Assembly: GCA_002269645.1 (NCBI GenBank)
Contig: NIVC01000382.1
Span: 372,001 to 436,000 of the forward strand
DNA: 64,000 nucleotides
DNA from: Macrostomum lignano
Lineage: Eukaryota
Direction of reading: 5' to 3'
The position numbers and the translations under genes are program-made. Of the stretch, positions 63,086 through 64,000 are shown piece after piece. The notes under the pieces are model-generated. The model worked only from the letters and a program-made list of their open reading frames with translations, searched no databases and was not told where the DNA came from. Every line of letters starts with the position of its first letter. Within the stretch, counting starts at the first letter, position 1.

Positions 63086-64000
63086 GCAAAGTGGTTATAG
63101 TGAAAAATTCAATGAATCAATCAAATGATGCAGGTAAACTATAAAGGTAGAGTCCATTACTGAATTGGGGCATGGCCTTTTAAAACATTAAAATCCATGA
63201 TTTAGTAGCATACTACTTAGTAAAGCATGAATCCCTCCTTGTCAGCTATAATAGTGCTATAGACATTTTTGGACAAGTATTTTGTGATGAATAAATAGAC
63301 TCCTACTCTAAACTTCCAGTGTTTGTATAACAACTACTAGTTATATTGACTCAAACAGTTACAAAAATAATTAAGACAACAATACATAAGAATTAAAAAA
63401 TCCACATGCAGTCCAGAAATGTACATACACAGCTGTATACTTGCAATCTTAAAGTGGGGATCAAGGACCACTATAACTTAGTTGAATCAGGAGATAACAC
63501 TCAAAATTGTTGCACATTTTTGAGGGCTCGCTTGTTTATGTATGTACTTGCATTGTTAAAGCTTTAATTCCTATTAAATCTATATTATTCTAGTGGTCCT
63601 AGTACCCAGTGGTACTAACACTGACCATATCACCCTGGCATCCACCAGCATCATATATACATCTATATACATGTACACTCATGAATAGATATAGCAGTTA
63701 TTCCTCATTTATAGTACATGATTTAGTATATTGTGATATTTGAAGTACATGATATTTGGAGTACATGATATTTGGAGTACATGATATTTGGAGTATGCTA
63801 TCTAGAAAGGCAGATCAGTTAATGGGATTTGGAGCTGGCTCTTCATTGTTTAAAAAAGGCTGGGCAAGGGTGAGAACCAGGTTGTTCACCTTGTCTTCGT
63901 AGTAACTAGGAATCCCGCTGGCTAAAGCTGAGGCTGTTAGGACATCGTTAAACAGAGTAGACCAATTTATGTCACCACTCATGTTAGTTTACCATACTAT

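Overview
Eukaryotic (animal) genomic DNA, roughly a third of it tandem repeats. The style suggests a repeat-rich invertebrate such as the flatworm Macrostomum, but that is inference only. Three protein-coding genes are recognisable: the last exon of UPF2 (+), a complete six-exon protocadherin with 7 cadherin repeats (-), and a complete four-exon SET/TAF-I beta (-). Almost all long ORFs in the supplied track are translation artefacts of minisatellites. Highlight 1: six paralogous dual-guide box C/D snoRNA genes (32.3-38.0 kb, minus strand). Each sits 81-97 nt upstream of a 3' splice site in an apparently non-coding multi-exon host gene. They guide two neighbouring 28S rRNA sites (equivalents of human Cm3808 and Am3830), show compensatory changes in an internal hairpin, and are separated by intron-specific minisatellites sharing one core. 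Highlight 2: a hAT-type MITE family (14-bp TIR, 8-bp TSD) in SET introns. Two copies carry a 64-nt fragment of 28S rRNA helix 69-71 that spans the R2 retrotransposon target site, and a third related copy lacks it. Also present: nested hAT and fold-back insertions, an intronic array of about 15 AG|GTGAGT motifs, and decayed transposase/LINE remnants.
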